Virus record (IMG/VR): IMGVR_UViG_3300020472_000025
Location: 1-59,308 of that record
Direction: 5' to 3' (one strand)
Source of the DNA: a virus
Taxonomy: Duplodnaviria > Caudoviricetes
DNA: 59,308 nt
Shown: positions 28,514-39,015 of the stretch, one piece after another
Layout of the letters: every line of letters starts with the position of its first letter
Numbering within the stretch: position 1 is the first letter of the stretch
Program-made: the position numbers and the translations under genes
The notes under the pieces: generated by a model
Told to the model about the DNA's origin: nothing
The model's database searches: none
What the model saw: only the letters and a program-made list of their open reading frames with translations

Positions 28514-30548
28514 TGTAGCAAAACGTGTTCTGACCCTTCCAATGTGGGAAGCAAGTAATACTGTATACAACATGCTCGTGGGTCACGAGGTTGGTCATGC
28601 CCTATACACACCAGAAGAGGGTCTAGAAGACCTCCCATGCCCCAAAGCGTTCATAAACGTTACAGAGGACGTACGTATAGAGAAGTTGATGAAGAGAAAG
28701 TTTCCTGGTTTAGGTAAGGACTTCTATCAAGGTTACCAGCAACTCAATGACAGAGACTTTTTCTCCATTGAGAACAGAAATTTGTGGAAATTATCATTAA
28801 TAGATCGTATCAACCTTCATTATAAGGTTGGTGCATATGCAGTGATGCCATTTACTGACGCTGAGGTGCCTCTCAGAGACGCTGTAGAGGGTACAGAGAC
28901 ATTCCAAGATGCAATTGACGCAGCAATAGATATATTTCGCTTTATGAAGGAAGAAATTGAGAAACAGAAGGAACAAGTGAAGGCACAGGGAACAGAAGAG
29001 ATTCCAGGTTCTTCAGGTGATCAGGGTGAAGGTGAAGAGGAGACAGAAGATGATAATGATACTGATGAATATGATAAGGATCCAGATGGAGGGGTTTATG
29101 ATGAACCACCACGTCCAGAAGAGGACATTGCTGATGATTTCCAAGATGAAATGGATTATTTGTCACCTGAGGAGCAACTTAAGACTGTAGAGACTCAAGA
29201 ATGCTTTAACGGTAATATGGAGAACCTAAAAGCAAGAGGTGCTAGAGAGGTTACCTATGTTAATCTTCCAGCAGTACCTCTAGACACTATTGTTGTTGAT
29301 AACAAGATCATCTGGGACAAGGCAGAGCAGTGGTGGAACGATAATGAAGAAGATTTTAACGAGATAGACCTAAAGTTTAATGAATTCTGCAAAAGAACTA
29401 AGAAAGATGTTAATTATCTTGTAAAAGAGTTCGAATGTAGGAAAGCAGCAAGTACTTACGCACGTACATCTTCTTCTAAGACTGGTGTCATTGATACAAG
29501 TAAGTTACACAACTATAAAATCGCTGAAGATATCTTTAAAAGGGTCACTAAGACAACAGATGGCAAGAATCATGGTCTTATCTTCCTTCTTGACTGGTCT
29601 GGGTCTATGTCAAGAGAAATATCTGATACAGTCTATCAGTTAATCAACTTATGTCAGTTCTGTAAGAAAGTTGACATCCCATTTGATGTATATACTTTCA
29701 CTGCTGATGGTGGATACTACTGTTCTCAAGAGGAACCATGGGATTACCCTGAGTTGGATCATAAACAAGGAGAACTATGGATAGAGGATCGTTTTAGACT
29801 TTGCAACCTTTTAACTAGTAAAGGTAATAAGCAGGACTTCCAAAGACAGTGCCGTAACCTCTATCGTGTTGCATACTATTATGAGGGTTACTATTATGGC
29901 ATCTATGGTGAGGTTAAAGCTGTACCTAGACCACCACATTTCTTAGGACTAGGTGGAACACCACTGAATGAGGGTCTAGTTTGTGTAAATGAATTGATTC
30001 CACAGTGGAAAGCAGCACATAACGTAGAGAAGACACATCTTGTAGTCCTCACTGATGGTGAAGCAAACTGTATGGGGTATGGTCATGAGAGAACCAACTA
30101 TGTGGATCGTGTTTACTGCAATGCAATAGGATGGGGTACATGTATTCGTGATAGAAAGACTGGTCGTTATTATTCAGACATTAAGAACGGTAATGTTTCC
30201 TTAACTCAGACACTTATTCGTATCATTAGGGATCATAATCCTGGTACTAGTGTCTTAGGGTTCAGAATCTGTCAACCAAGAAATCTTTCTATGTTCTTAA
30301 GGATGAATGATATCTGGAGTACTGAGAAGTACAAGAGAGAGTGGTCTAAGAATAAGTCTGTGGTTATTACAGACACTTCATACAATGAATTGTATGTTAT
30401 TCAGTCAAATGATAGCAGTGAGGAGGTCTCTATGGAGGTCAAGGAGGATGCTACTAAGGGTCAGATTCGTACTGCCTTTAAGAAAGCACTAAAGAAGAAG
30501 GTTAACAACCGTCGCATCCTTGCTACCTTCGCAGGACAGATTGCATAG
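28422..30548 (+). CDS. CobT-like protein: HEXXH metallopeptidase-like domain plus VWA domain
   Basis: GHEVGHALYT; DWSGSM, GGTPL, LTDGE MIDAS motifs. Confidence 0.85.
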   Translation: MSTDIKGTLAKLLATENLLVEHKNVETASFDVAKRVLTLPMWEASNTVYNMLVGHEVGHALYTPEEGLEDLPCPKAFINVTEDVRIEKLMKRKFPGLGKDFYQGYQQLNDRDFFSIENRNLWKLSLIDRINLHYKVGAYAVMPFTDAEVPLRDAVEGTETFQDAIDAAIDIFRFMKEEIEKQKEQVKAQGTEEIPGSSGDQGEGEEETEDDNDTDEYDKDPDGGVYDEPPRPEEDIADDFQDEMDYLSPEEQLKTVETQECFNGNMENLKARGAREVTYVNLPAVPLDTIVVDNKIIWDKAEQWWNDNEEDFNEIDLKFNEFCKRTKKDVNYLVKEFECRKAASTYARTSSSKTGVIDTSKLHNYKIAEDIFKRVTKTTDGKNHGLIFLLDWSGSMSREISDTVYQLINLCQFCKKVDIPFDVYTFTADGGYYCSQEEPWDYPELDHKQGELWIEDRFRLCNLLTSKGNKQDFQRQCRNLYRVAYYYEGYYYGIYGEVKAVPRPPHFLGLGGTPLNEGLVCVNELIPQWKAAHNVEKTHLVVLTDGEANCMGYGHERTNYVDRVYCNAIGWGTCIRDRKTGRYYSDIKNGNVSLTQTLIRIIRDHNPGTSVLGFRICQPRNLSMFLRMNDIWSTEKYKREWSKNKSVVITDTSYNELYVIQSNDSSEEVSMEVKEDATKGQIRTAFKKALKKKVNNRRILATFAGQIA

Positions 30549-30590
30549 TGTCCACTGGGGGTACACAACCCCCCTTCTATGCCCTATAAT
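30532..30590 (+). promoter_or_regulatory. Early-type promoter copy 2
   Basis: GGACAG..GTGTCCAC 30548-N29-TATAAT 30585. Confidence 0.7.
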
Positions 30591-30615
30591 AAACACATAC
30601 AAACAAAAGAAACAC

Positions 30616-31725
30616 ATGCCATTCGAACCAGTACCAGTCACATCCGATGATCTTGTAGCATTCTTATCAGAGAGACACGGTGAAGAGGTACAGACACCAG
30701 CATTGAGGGAAGCAGCAGCACACTATAACTGCTCCTATGCTACAGTTAAGAAAAGACTTCAGAAGTATAATGTGGGTAAAGGTAAATGGAATCTTACCGT
30801 TACTGAAGCATTAGAAAGAAATTTCCAGCAACCAGCAGTATCACCAGCAGTGGAGATTAAGAACTTGGTACCTGATGTAGACTCTAACTACGTACCTTTT
30901 GGTAACTTTAGTGACCTTAAGAAGATCATTAAGTCAAAGGTTTTCTATCCAGTATTCATCACTGGTTTATCAGGTAACGGTAAGACCTTTGGTGTAGAGC
31001 AAGCATGTGCTAATCTAAAGAGAGAATTGATTAGAGTTAATATTACTGTAGAGACTGATGAGGATGACTTGATCGGTGGGTTCAGGCTTGCAAATGGTGA
31101 CACTGTATGGCATAATGGTCCTGTGATTGAGGCACTCCAGCGTGGTGCAGTCTTGTTATTGGATGAGTTAGACCTCGCTAGTAATAAGATCCTTTGCTTA
31201 CAATCCATTTTGGAGGGAAAAGGTGTCTTTCTTAAGAAGACTGGTCAGCAGGTGTATCCTGCTCCTGGATTCACAGTGGTTGCAACTGCAAACACTAAGG
31301 GTAAAGGATCTGATGACGGGCGTTTCGTCGGAACAAACGTGCTTAATGAAGCATTCTTAGAGAGATTCCCTCTCACATTTGAGCAGGAGTACCCTTCACC
31401 AGTGGTGGAGAAGAAACTTCTCAACAATTACTGTTCCGAGTTGGACTGTTGTGACGATGAGTACATTACTAACCTATGTACATGGGCAGAAATCATCCGT
31501 AAAACCTTCGCTGAAGGTGGAGTGGATGAAGTTATAAGTACTCGTCGTCTAGTCCATGTGATACGTGCTTTTGCTATCTTTGGTGATAGACTTAAGGCAA
31601 TCAAGGTATGCTTAAATCGTTTCGATGATGAAACAAAAGAGTCATTCCTAGAACTTTACACCAAAATTGATGCTAAAGTGGATGTATCCGATGCAGAACT
31701 ATTGCAGGAATTAAATGAAGTATAG
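30616..31725 (+). CDS. cobS: CobS-like MoxR-family AAA+ ATPase
   Basis: GLSGNGKT, LLLDELD, ATANTKGKG, NEAFLERF, ISTRRL. Confidence 0.9.
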   Translation: MPFEPVPVTSDDLVAFLSERHGEEVQTPALREAAAHYNCSYATVKKRLQKYNVGKGKWNLTVTEALERNFQQPAVSPAVEIKNLVPDVDSNYVPFGNFSDLKKIIKSKVFYPVFITGLSGNGKTFGVEQACANLKRELIRVNITVETDEDDLIGGFRLANGDTVWHNGPVIEALQRGAVLLLDELDLASNKILCLQSILEGKGVFLKKTGQQVYPAPGFTVVATANTKGKGSDDGRFVGTNVLNEAFLERFPLTFEQEYPSPVVEKKLLNNYCSELDCCDDEYITNLCTWAEIIRKTFAEGGVDEVISTRRLVHVIRAFAIFGDRLKAIKVCLNRFDDETKESFLELYTKIDAKVDVSDAELLQELNEV

Positions 31726-32029
31726 AGAAGACGATACGATCAAAGTGGTGGAGGATTATATTTCCTCCACTTACCGATCACACTACTCCAATGAGGAGAA
31801 GGGGGTGCAGACTCTGGACTTACTGGAATCAATCGGTACTGCCGAACAATTCTGTCAGTCAAACATCATTAAGTATGCATCCAGATATAAGAAGAAGAGT
31901 CAGCATAAAAGTGACGTGCTAAAAATCATACACTATGCTATACTGTTATACTACTTCTCTGGTACCTCTTATCCCAATGACAAACCAGAGCAAATTGGAA
32001 CACCCCCATCCCTAATGGACTACGAATGA
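31715..32029 (+). CDS. Conserved hypothetical protein (DUF3310-like)
   Basis: STYRSHYS, FCQSNIIKYASRY, DVLKIIHYA. Confidence 0.7.
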   Translation: MKYREDDTIKVVEDYISSTYRSHYSNEEKGVQTLDLLESIGTAEQFCQSNIIKYASRYKKKSQHKSDVLKIIHYAILLYYFSGTSYPNDKPEQIGTPPSLMDYE

Positions 32030-32754
32030 TTATGAAATTTACTGAGTATGAGATGGAAGTGTTGAGATCTTTTAACCAGATCAACCCTTCTATCATTTTT
32101 AATCCAGGGCATAAGGTAGCGACGATTAGTAACAACAAGAACATTCTTGCCAGTGCTAATTTTAAGCAGGTATCGTTTCCTAAGCAAGCACCTATCTATG
32201 ATCTATCTAATCTGATCAGCAGTATTAATATACTTGCTACAGATGACAAACCAGACATTAATTTTGGTGATAATCTTGTTACATTGGAACAGAAACGTAG
32301 TAAGATTAAGTATTACTATGCTGAACCACGCATGGTAACAACACCACCTGAAACTATTCAGGATTTGGGTGCTCCTGTAGTCTCTACAGTACTACAACAC
32401 TCACAATTGTTACAGATAGAACGTGCTGCTAGTACCTATCAACTCCCAGATATATGTTTTACTGGTGAGAAGGGTGTACTCACTGCTGTTGTGACTGATA
32501 AGCGTAACTCATCTTCCAATTCACTTGAGATTGAGTTAGGTAAGGCCGAAAATGACTTCTGTTTCTGTATGAAGATAGAGAATCTCTCTGTCATTAACCT
32601 CAGGGGTGGTCAATATACACCATGTTCTGCATATGATTTGGATATCTATGCTGCAAAGGTTGCTAGGTTTACAGGTGTTATAACAAAGGGTGCAGAAGAT
32701 TACGTCAGTTCTTTAGAGTATCTCATTGCACTGGAGCCTGATAGTGAGTATTGA
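32026..32754 (+). CDS. gp45: Sliding clamp gp45
   Basis: F.QINPSI, NKNILA, IYDL, KIKYYYA, YLIALEPDS. Confidence 0.88.
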   Translation: MIMKFTEYEMEVLRSFNQINPSIIFNPGHKVATISNNKNILASANFKQVSFPKQAPIYDLSNLISSINILATDDKPDINFGDNLVTLEQKRSKIKYYYAEPRMVTTPPETIQDLGAPVVSTVLQHSQLLQIERAASTYQLPDICFTGEKGVLTAVVTDKRNSSSNSLEIELGKAENDFCFCMKIENLSVINLRGGQYTPCSAYDLDIYAAKVARFTGVITKGAEDYVSSLEYLIALEPDSEY

Positions 32755-33634
32755 TTCAGTTTTAGTAGGTGACTGTCGAGAGACGCTCAAAACTATAACT
32801 GAGAGACCACGTATGTGCGTCACCTCACCACCTTATTATGGTCTCAGAAACTATGGAGATGAAGAGGATCAGATAGGTCAAGAGAATACTCCTGAGGAGT
32901 ATATAGAACAGTTGGTACAGGTGTTTAGGGAGGTTCGAAATGTGCTTGCAGATGACGGAACTCTTTGGGTTAATATTGGGGATAGTTACTATAATTACAG
33001 GCCAGGTAGAGGACAAGGACTGGTTAAACAAACAGTCTCAAATACAAAGCAAGATCTACCAGATGTGTGTCCTCGTAGAGGAAATAAACTACCAGGACTC
33101 AAAGAAAAAGACCTTATAGGTATCCCATGGATGCTTGCCTTTGCACTACGTGCAGACGGTTGGTATCTACGTCAGGATATTATTTGGCACAAACCTAATC
33201 CCATGCCAGAGAGTGTACGTGATCGTTGCACTAAGTCACATGAATACATCTTTCTTTTAAGTAAGAACAAGAAGTATTTCTATGACAATGAAGCGATAAA
33301 GGAACCTGCTAAGGACTGGGGTACTAGGAAGAGAGATAATGGTAAGTATCACAATCCAGGCACAGGTTTACAACCTCATAGTGGTCTTACAAAGAGTTAT
33401 CCTACTAAGAATAAGAGATCTGTCTGGAGTGTCACTAACAAACCTAGCAAAGTTAAGAGACACTATGCTGTATACCCACCAGACCTCATAGAACCATGTA
33501 TTAAAGCAGGTTCTGAGGAAGGTGACATAGTATTGGATCCATTCATGGGTTCAGGTACTACTGCTAGGGTTGCAAATTCACTCAATAGGCATTATATTGG
33601 GTGTGAACTACATGAGGGGTATGTAAATGGATGA
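32744..33634 (+). CDS. Beta-class N4-cytosine/N6-adenine DNA methyltransferase
   Basis: VTSPPYY catalytic motif, IIWHKPNPMPES, VLDPFMGSGTT SAM motif. Confidence 0.93.
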   Translation: MSIDSVLVGDCRETLKTITERPRMCVTSPPYYGLRNYGDEEDQIGQENTPEEYIEQLVQVFREVRNVLADDGTLWVNIGDSYYNYRPGRGQGLVKQTVSNTKQDLPDVCPRRGNKLPGLKEKDLIGIPWMLAFALRADGWYLRQDIIWHKPNPMPESVRDRCTKSHEYIFLLSKNKKYFYDNEAIKEPAKDWGTRKRDNGKYHNPGTGLQPHSGLTKSYPTKNKRSVWSVTNKPSKVKRHYAVYPPDLIEPCIKAGSEEGDIVLDPFMGSGTTARVANSLNRHYIGCELHEGYVNG

Positions 33635-34568
33635 CTTCTTATGGGTGGAAAAGTATAGACCTGAGAAGGTAGATGATTGTATCCTACCTGAAGAAACCAA
33701 GAAGATGTTTAAGGGGTTTCTTGCTCAAGGTGAGATACCAAACCTTCTTCTGACTGGTCCTGCAGGTATTGGAAAGACAACCATTGCTAAATCATTATGT
33801 TATGAATTAGGGGCAGACTATTATGTCATTAATGGATCAGATGAGGGAAGGTTTCTTGATACAGTTCGGAATCGTGCCAAGAGTTTTGCGTCTACAGTAT
33901 CTCTCACAAGCAAGTCGAAACATAAAGTCCTCATCATCGATGAAGCAGACAATACCACTCCCGACGTACAACTCCTTCTTAGAGCGAGTATTGAGGAGTT
34001 CTCCAAAAACTGCAGATTCATTTTTACCTGCAATTACAAGAACAAAATCATCGAACCACTCCACTCAAGATGTTCAGTAGTTGATTTTCATGTTAAAGGT
34101 AAAGAGAAAGCACAACTAGCGACTCTATTCTTTAAGAGAGTACATACTATCCTTGCAGAAGAGAACGTTAAGTTTGAGATGAAGGTAGTTGCAGAGGTTG
34201 TACAGAGACATTTCCCTGACTTCAGACGTACTCTTAATGAGTTGCAGAGGTATGCTTCAGGTGGACAGATTGATGTAGGTATACTGGCACAGGTTACAGA
34301 TGTTAACATCACATCTCTTGTTGGTTATCTGAAGAACAGAGAGTTCACTAACATGAAGAAGTGGGTGACGAGTAACATGGATACAGAACCTCATGTTATC
34401 ATGAGAAAGGTCTATGATAACTTGTATAACTATCTTGTACCCAAGAGTATACCAGAAGCAGTCTTAGTCATAGGAGAGTATCAATATAAGTCTTCGTTTG
34501 TGATGGATCAAGAGATCAATTTGGTTGCGTTCTTGACAGAATTAATGATGAGGTGTGAGTTTAAATGA
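33627..34568 (+). CDS. gp44: Clamp loader large subunit gp44
   Basis: LWVEKYRP, GPAGIGKTT, IIDEAD, PLHSRC, FPDFRR. Confidence 0.97.
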   Translation: MDDFLWVEKYRPEKVDDCILPEETKKMFKGFLAQGEIPNLLLTGPAGIGKTTIAKSLCYELGADYYVINGSDEGRFLDTVRNRAKSFASTVSLTSKSKHKVLIIDEADNTTPDVQLLLRASIEEFSKNCRFIFTCNYKNKIIEPLHSRCSVVDFHVKGKEKAQLATLFFKRVHTILAEENVKFEMKVVAEVVQRHFPDFRRTLNELQRYASGGQIDVGILAQVTDVNITSLVGYLKNREFTNMKKWVTSNMDTEPHVIMRKVYDNLYNYLVPKSIPEAVLVIGEYQYKSSFVMDQEINLVAFLTELMMRCEFK

Positions 34569-35200
34569 GCGAACCACATAAAAAGATTCACCAATTATTT
34601 CCAGTACCAGTCTGGGAGTATAGGTTAGATGAGAGAGATATGTGGATGTCTGAGCAGGCATTGGAGTACTGTAAGACATTAGAGATGCAGATGTATAACT
34701 TCCCTGCTGGTGTACGTACCAGTAGAGGTGACATCCATAAGGAACCAGAGATGGAACCCCTTATGGGATTTTTTGCTGATGTTTTGGATGAGATTAGATG
34801 TGCTCAAGCACTACAGTGCCATGAGTTAAAGATATCATTGTCATGGGCAAACCTTGCACCTAAGGGTAGTAACACAGGACATCCTATACATCGTCACAAC
34901 TACTCATATCTTAGTGGTGTATACTATTTTACAAAGGGTGCACCTACTACCTTCTGGGATCCATTAAACATTCGTAATGAAGATACTCTAGAGATCATTA
35001 GGGATCATATTAATCCTACTCAGGAGATAATAGAGGCAGAACCTGGTAAACTATTGGTATTTCCAGGTTGGTTAAAGCATCAAAGTGGTCCTCATAATGG
35101 TAAAGAGGATCGTTGGTCTATGAGTTTTAATTCTTTACCTAATGGTCCTGTCAATGCAGGTCCACAGGGTGTACCAATGGCGAACTTAACAGTCAATTAA
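34565..35200 (+). CDS. Putative 2OG-Fe(II) oxygenase (TIGR02466-like)
   Basis: LFPVPV, SWAN, HxH (HRH), LSGVYY, VFPGWLKH, RWSMSFN. Confidence 0.85.
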   Translation: MSEPHKKIHQLFPVPVWEYRLDERDMWMSEQALEYCKTLEMQMYNFPAGVRTSRGDIHKEPEMEPLMGFFADVLDEIRCAQALQCHELKISLSWANLAPKGSNTGHPIHRHNYSYLSGVYYFTKGAPTTFWDPLNIRNEDTLEIIRDHINPTQEIIEAEPGKLLVFPGWLKHQSGPHNGKEDRWSMSFNSLPNGPVNAGPQGVPMANLTVN

Positions 35201-35202
35201 TT

Positions 35203-36045
35203 ATGAAACTAGTGAAGACTCCACTGCGTTATCCTGGAGGTAAATCCAGAGCAGTAAAACAATTATATAATTGGTTTCCATCTGATGTGCATGAGTACAG
35301 GGAACCATTTATAGGTGGTGCTTCTATGGCACTATACTTCTCACAACTACACCCAGATATACCTGTGTGGGTTAATGATAAGTACACATATTTGTACAAT
35401 TTTTGGGTTCAGTTACAGGAGAGAGGTAATGAATTATCTGATGCATGTTATAAGGTCAAGACAGACCACCCAGATGATGACACTGCTAGAGAACTCTTTG
35501 ATAAGACTAAGAAAGATATCGAACACGCAGAACCTTTTGATCAAGCTGTTCTTTTTTGGGTTCTTAATAAGTGTAGCTATAGCGGGTTGACTGAGAACTC
35601 ATCGTTTTCACCTGCTGCATCACGTCAGAACTTTACATTGCGTGGTGCTGCTAAGTTAAAGAACTATCCTGACATAATTAAGAACTGGCGTATCACTAAT
35701 GAAGATTATGAGGTAGTGATGAGTGATACTGGTGGTGATAATGTTTTTTGTTTCTTAGATCCACCATATAAGATCAAGTCATTCCTTTATGGTACTAAAG
35801 CAGACCTGCATAAGAACTTTGATCACCCAACCTTTAAAGATATCTGTTCTGTATGCCCACATAAGTGGTTGCTAACATATAATGTTGATCCTGACATCGA
35901 ACAGGCATTTTCGTTGTATAATCAGAGGTACTTTAGACTTACCTATGGTATGCAACACCGTGCTAATAACGTGAAGGATGAATTACTCATCTCTAACTAC
36001 GAAATTAACCCTGTAAACCCCCTTGAGAAGGTGTTATATGCCTGA
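35203..36045 (+). CDS. dam: Dam-like (D12 class) DNA adenine methyltransferase
   Basis: LRYPGGKS, EPFIGG, FLDPPY, ELLISNY. Confidence 0.9.
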   Translation: MKLVKTPLRYPGGKSRAVKQLYNWFPSDVHEYREPFIGGASMALYFSQLHPDIPVWVNDKYTYLYNFWVQLQERGNELSDACYKVKTDHPDDDTARELFDKTKKDIEHAEPFDQAVLFWVLNKCSYSGLTENSSFSPAASRQNFTLRGAAKLKNYPDIIKNWRITNEDYEVVMSDTGGDNVFCFLDPPYKIKSFLYGTKADLHKNFDHPTFKDICSVCPHKWLLTYNVDPDIEQAFSLYNQRYFRLTYGMQHRANNVKDELLISNYEINPVNPLEKVLYA

Positions 36046-36430
36046 TTATGAGTACCCTCTGAAGGATTATCTTAATGGTATTAATCTGAAGCAAGGAGAC
36101 TTGGAATCGGATGAACGTGCCATGAAGAAGTATCCAAAATTCGTGGTCAATAAGTTATTGGCCGAACATATTGACTGTATAATGCATGTCAATGAGATGA
36201 ATCGTTACTATAACATAGATAACCTCCTGCAATATCAGTATTTTCTATATAGTATTAGGAAATCAAAGAGATTTTCTCCTTGGAATAAGAAATCTACCGA
36301 CAGCGATTTGGAATTGGTCAAACAATTTTATGGTTATAGTAATGAGAAAGCAAAGGTAGCACTCTCTCTACTATCAAAAGAAAAGCTAGACGTAATAAAA
36401 GCGAAACTTGATACTGGAGGAAGGAGATGA
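36038..36430 (+). CDS. gp62: Clamp loader small subunit gp62
   Basis: LKDYLNGIN, NEMN, RKSKRFSPW, YGYSNEKA. Confidence 0.92.
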   Translation: MPDYEYPLKDYLNGINLKQGDLESDERAMKKYPKFVVNKLLAEHIDCIMHVNEMNRYYNIDNLLQYQYFLYSIRKSKRFSPWNKKSTDSDLELVKQFYGYSNEKAKVALSLLSKEKLDVIKAKLDTGGRR

Positions 36431-36852
36431 GTGACGAGATCAGTTGGTCTCAGGATATGATGCTGGAGGTTACACTAAAAGAACCAGACGATTTTCTGAA
36501 GATTAGAGAAACCCTTACACGGATTGGTGTAGCCTCTCGAAAAGAGAGAAAACTATATCAGTCGTGTCATATTCTACACAAGAAGGGTAAGTATTACATA
36601 GTCCATTTTAAGGAACTGTTTGCACTGGATGGAAAACCTGCTAACATAACTAAGAATGACATAGAGAGACGCAACAGAATCGCTAAGCTACTATTCGATT
36701 GGGGTCTTGTAGAGATACAAGAAGACCTTCTATCAAATGATGGGTGTGCACCACTCAATCAGATAAAGGTACTATCCTATAAGGATAAGAGCGAGTGGAT
36801 ATTAGAATCAAAGTACAACATAGGGAAGAAGAAAGTTATCACTGAAACATAA
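36427..36852 (+). CDS. regA: Translational repressor RegA
   Basis: PDDFLKIRETLTRIG, YQSCHILHK, YIVHFKELF. Confidence 0.97.
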   Translation: MSDEISWSQDMMLEVTLKEPDDFLKIRETLTRIGVASRKERKLYQSCHILHKKGKYYIVHFKELFALDGKPANITKNDIERRNRIAKLLFDWGLVEIQEDLLSNDGCAPLNQIKVLSYKDKSEWILESKYNIGKKKVITET

Positions 36853-38303
36853 TGAAATTTTTGGGATTGAGGATCGAAGATCACGATTCCAATATCACCT
36901 ATACTGATGGTACTAAGGTACGATATTGTGCAACCGAAAGACTCTTCGGCATTAAACATCATGGATACGATAACACTTGGCAATGGCAGGATGTGCTAGA
37001 CTCTTGGGGTGTCAATGCAGATGAGTTAGATGCTCTTGCAATTATCTCAGATCAGATAACCTTTGAGGATGGTGAAACCTATCGTGAATTGGACATGGGG
37101 TTCCCATGTAGGACGTTCGCAGTAGACCATCACTATTGTCATGCTCTGAGTCTTTGGCCACTAGGAGAAGTCCCTTACACAAATTACATCTATGACGGTT
37201 TTGGAAATAATGATCGTAGCTATTCCCTTATTCTTGGGAATAAGATTGGCTGTAGCCACAGTGTACTTACTACTGGGTCTATCGGAGTCGAAATGGCGAA
37301 GGTCGGAAGAGCACTCGGAATCGAAGCAGACCCACACGGATTAGATTTAGCAGGTAAGATCATGGGTCTTGCTGCATATGGACTTGTAGACGAAGAATAT
37401 TATCATAAGATATCACACAGTCATCTAACTGATATCAAGAAGATATGGAACTATGATTCTTGGGATCGTAAGTGGGATAATGACTTTGATATTAACTGGT
37501 TACGAACAGTACATGAGTATACTGGTGATCAACTAGCACTGTATATGAATCATCCTGTAGGTGGTGATGATGTCATAGGATATAGTGGTGGTATAGCACA
37601 GAACTGTGTGTTTAATGGTAAGATATTGAGTGGTGATAAGAAGATAATGATCCCACCTCATGCTAATGACTGTGGTCTGACCCTAGGTGCTGTAGAATTT
37701 TTGAGACAACACTACCATGAGGAACCATTTAGTAATGAAGGGTTCCCATTCTGGCAGGATGATGAAGGTACTGAAGAGGTGAGTGATCAGGTTATATTAG
37801 AGACTGCTGAGGCACTTGCTGATGGTGATATAGTTGCATGGTATCAGGGACATGGTGAGATAGGACCTAGAGCATTAGGTAACAGGTCTATCCTTATGAA
37901 CCCACGTCTACCTGATGCTAAGGACACACTTAATAGGAAGGTAAAACATAGAGAACACTTCCGTCCTTTTGGTGGTTCAGTTCTATTAGAGGATGTTGAT
38001 AAGCATTTTGAGTGGACTGGTGCATGTCCTTATATGAATGTGTCTGTACCAGTAAAGGATGATGGACTGAAAGCAATCACTCATATAGATGGGTCGTCTA
38101 GAATACAGACAGTAGATGGTGATGGATCATATGCTAGACTCCTTAGGAAGTATAAAGAGATAACAGGTGATGGTGTACTACTTAACACCAGTTTAAATGT
38201 CGGTGGTAAACCTATTGCTGGTCATAAGTGGGAAGCTAAAGAGATGTTCTCTAAGAGGGGTATAGATGTACTAGTTATTGGGGATGATATTTTGTCTAAA
38301 TAG
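36852..38303 (+). CDS. Carbamoyltransferase (CmcH/NodU/TobZ family)
   Basis: DHDS, ATER, DHHYCHA, AGKIMGLAAYG, GGIAQN, EIGPRALGNRS, RPFG, LNTSLN. Confidence 0.92.
   Translation: MKFLGLRIEDHDSNITYTDGTKVRYCATERLFGIKHHGYDNTWQWQDVLDSWGVNADELDALAIISDQITFEDGETYRELDMGFPCRTFAVDHHYCHALSLWPLGEVPYTNYIYDGFGNNDRSYSLILGNKIGCSHSVLTTGSIGVEMAKVGRALGIEADPHGLDLAGKIMGLAAYGLVDEEYYHKISHSHLTDIKKIWNYDSWDRKWDNDFDINWLRTVHEYTGDQLALYMNHPVGGDDVIGYSGGIAQNCVFNGKILSGDKKIMIPPHANDCGLTLGAVEFLRQHYHEEPFSNEGFPFWQDDEGTEEVSDQVILETAEALADGDIVAWYQGHGEIGPRALGNRSILMNPRLPDAKDTLNRKVKHREHFRPFGGSVLLEDVDKHFEWTGACPYMNVSVPVKDDGLKAITHIDGSSRIQTVDGDGSYARLLRKYKEITGDGVLLNTSLNVGGKPIAGHKWEAKEMFSKRGIDVLVIGDDILSK
38297..38302 (+). promoter_or_regulatory. 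Late promoter (TAAATA)
   Basis: ctaaatag at the end of the carbamoyltransferase gene. Confidence 0.65.
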
Positions 38304-38321
38304 CCCAGTTACTCTGGTTAC

Positions 38322-38792
38322 ATGTCCGAAGAAGAAATTAAAGAAGAAGTAGTAGAAGAACCCAAAGAAGAAAAGAAAAAAGGTTTCTTTGGTAAAGTGA
38401 AATCTGCTATCGTTCCCGATGCTGACGAACAGGCAGCAATCATCAGTACAATGGTCAGAATTACTGTCCTTGCCTGGTCTGGGGGAATATTGACTCTTAA
38501 TTATGTGGCGATTCCAGGTGTACCGCAACAAAAAATAGATCCGACTTTTATAGCTTCAGTTTTTACTGGAGTTTTAGCTAGCTTTGGGATTCAGACAGCA
38601 TCTAAGAAGGGTGATGGCACCATGAAGATGGATAAGAATGGTAATCCTGCTGGTGGACCACCACCTGTCACTGCTAGTGATATAGAAGCAATCATAGCGA
38701 AAGCTGGACCTACTCAAACTATTCGTATTGAGCAAGCACCTCTTAAAATAGTTGGTGTCTCAACCGAAGATGAAAAACCTTACAAACTATAG
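38322..38792 (+). CDS. Hypothetical two-TM membrane protein
   Basis: VLAWSGGILTLNYV, IDPTFIASVFTGVLASFGI. Confidence 0.7.
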   Translation: MSEEEIKEEVVEEPKEEKKKGFFGKVKSAIVPDADEQAAIISTMVRITVLAWSGGILTLNYVAIPGVPQQKIDPTFIASVFTGVLASFGIQTASKKGDGTMKMDKNGNPAGGPPPVTASDIEAIIAKAGPTQTIRIEQAPLKIVGVSTEDEKPYKL

Positions 38793-38796
38793 AATC

Positions 38797-39015
38797 ATGC
38801 AAAAAATTGTTAACGTACTAGCACTAGTATCTTTCGTAGGTATAGTTGGTGTAGTGGGAGCTGGAGGATATGTTTTCCTTCAGAAGGATGCTATCATTAA
38901 AGATGTAACAGAGTCCGTATTGGGTGATGTGCTTGGTGATATGCCAGCGATCCCAGAAGTACCTGCTACAACAGGTGGAGTTGCACCACCAGCAGGACTT
39001 GCTATTCCTAAGTAG
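38797..39015 (+). CDS. Small membrane-anchored hypothetical protein
   Basis: MQKIVNVLALVSFVGIVGVVGAGGYVFL; Pro-rich tail. Confidence 0.65.
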   Translation: MQKIVNVLALVSFVGIVGVVGAGGYVFLQKDAIIKDVTESVLGDVLGDMPAIPEVPATTGGVAPPAGLAIPK

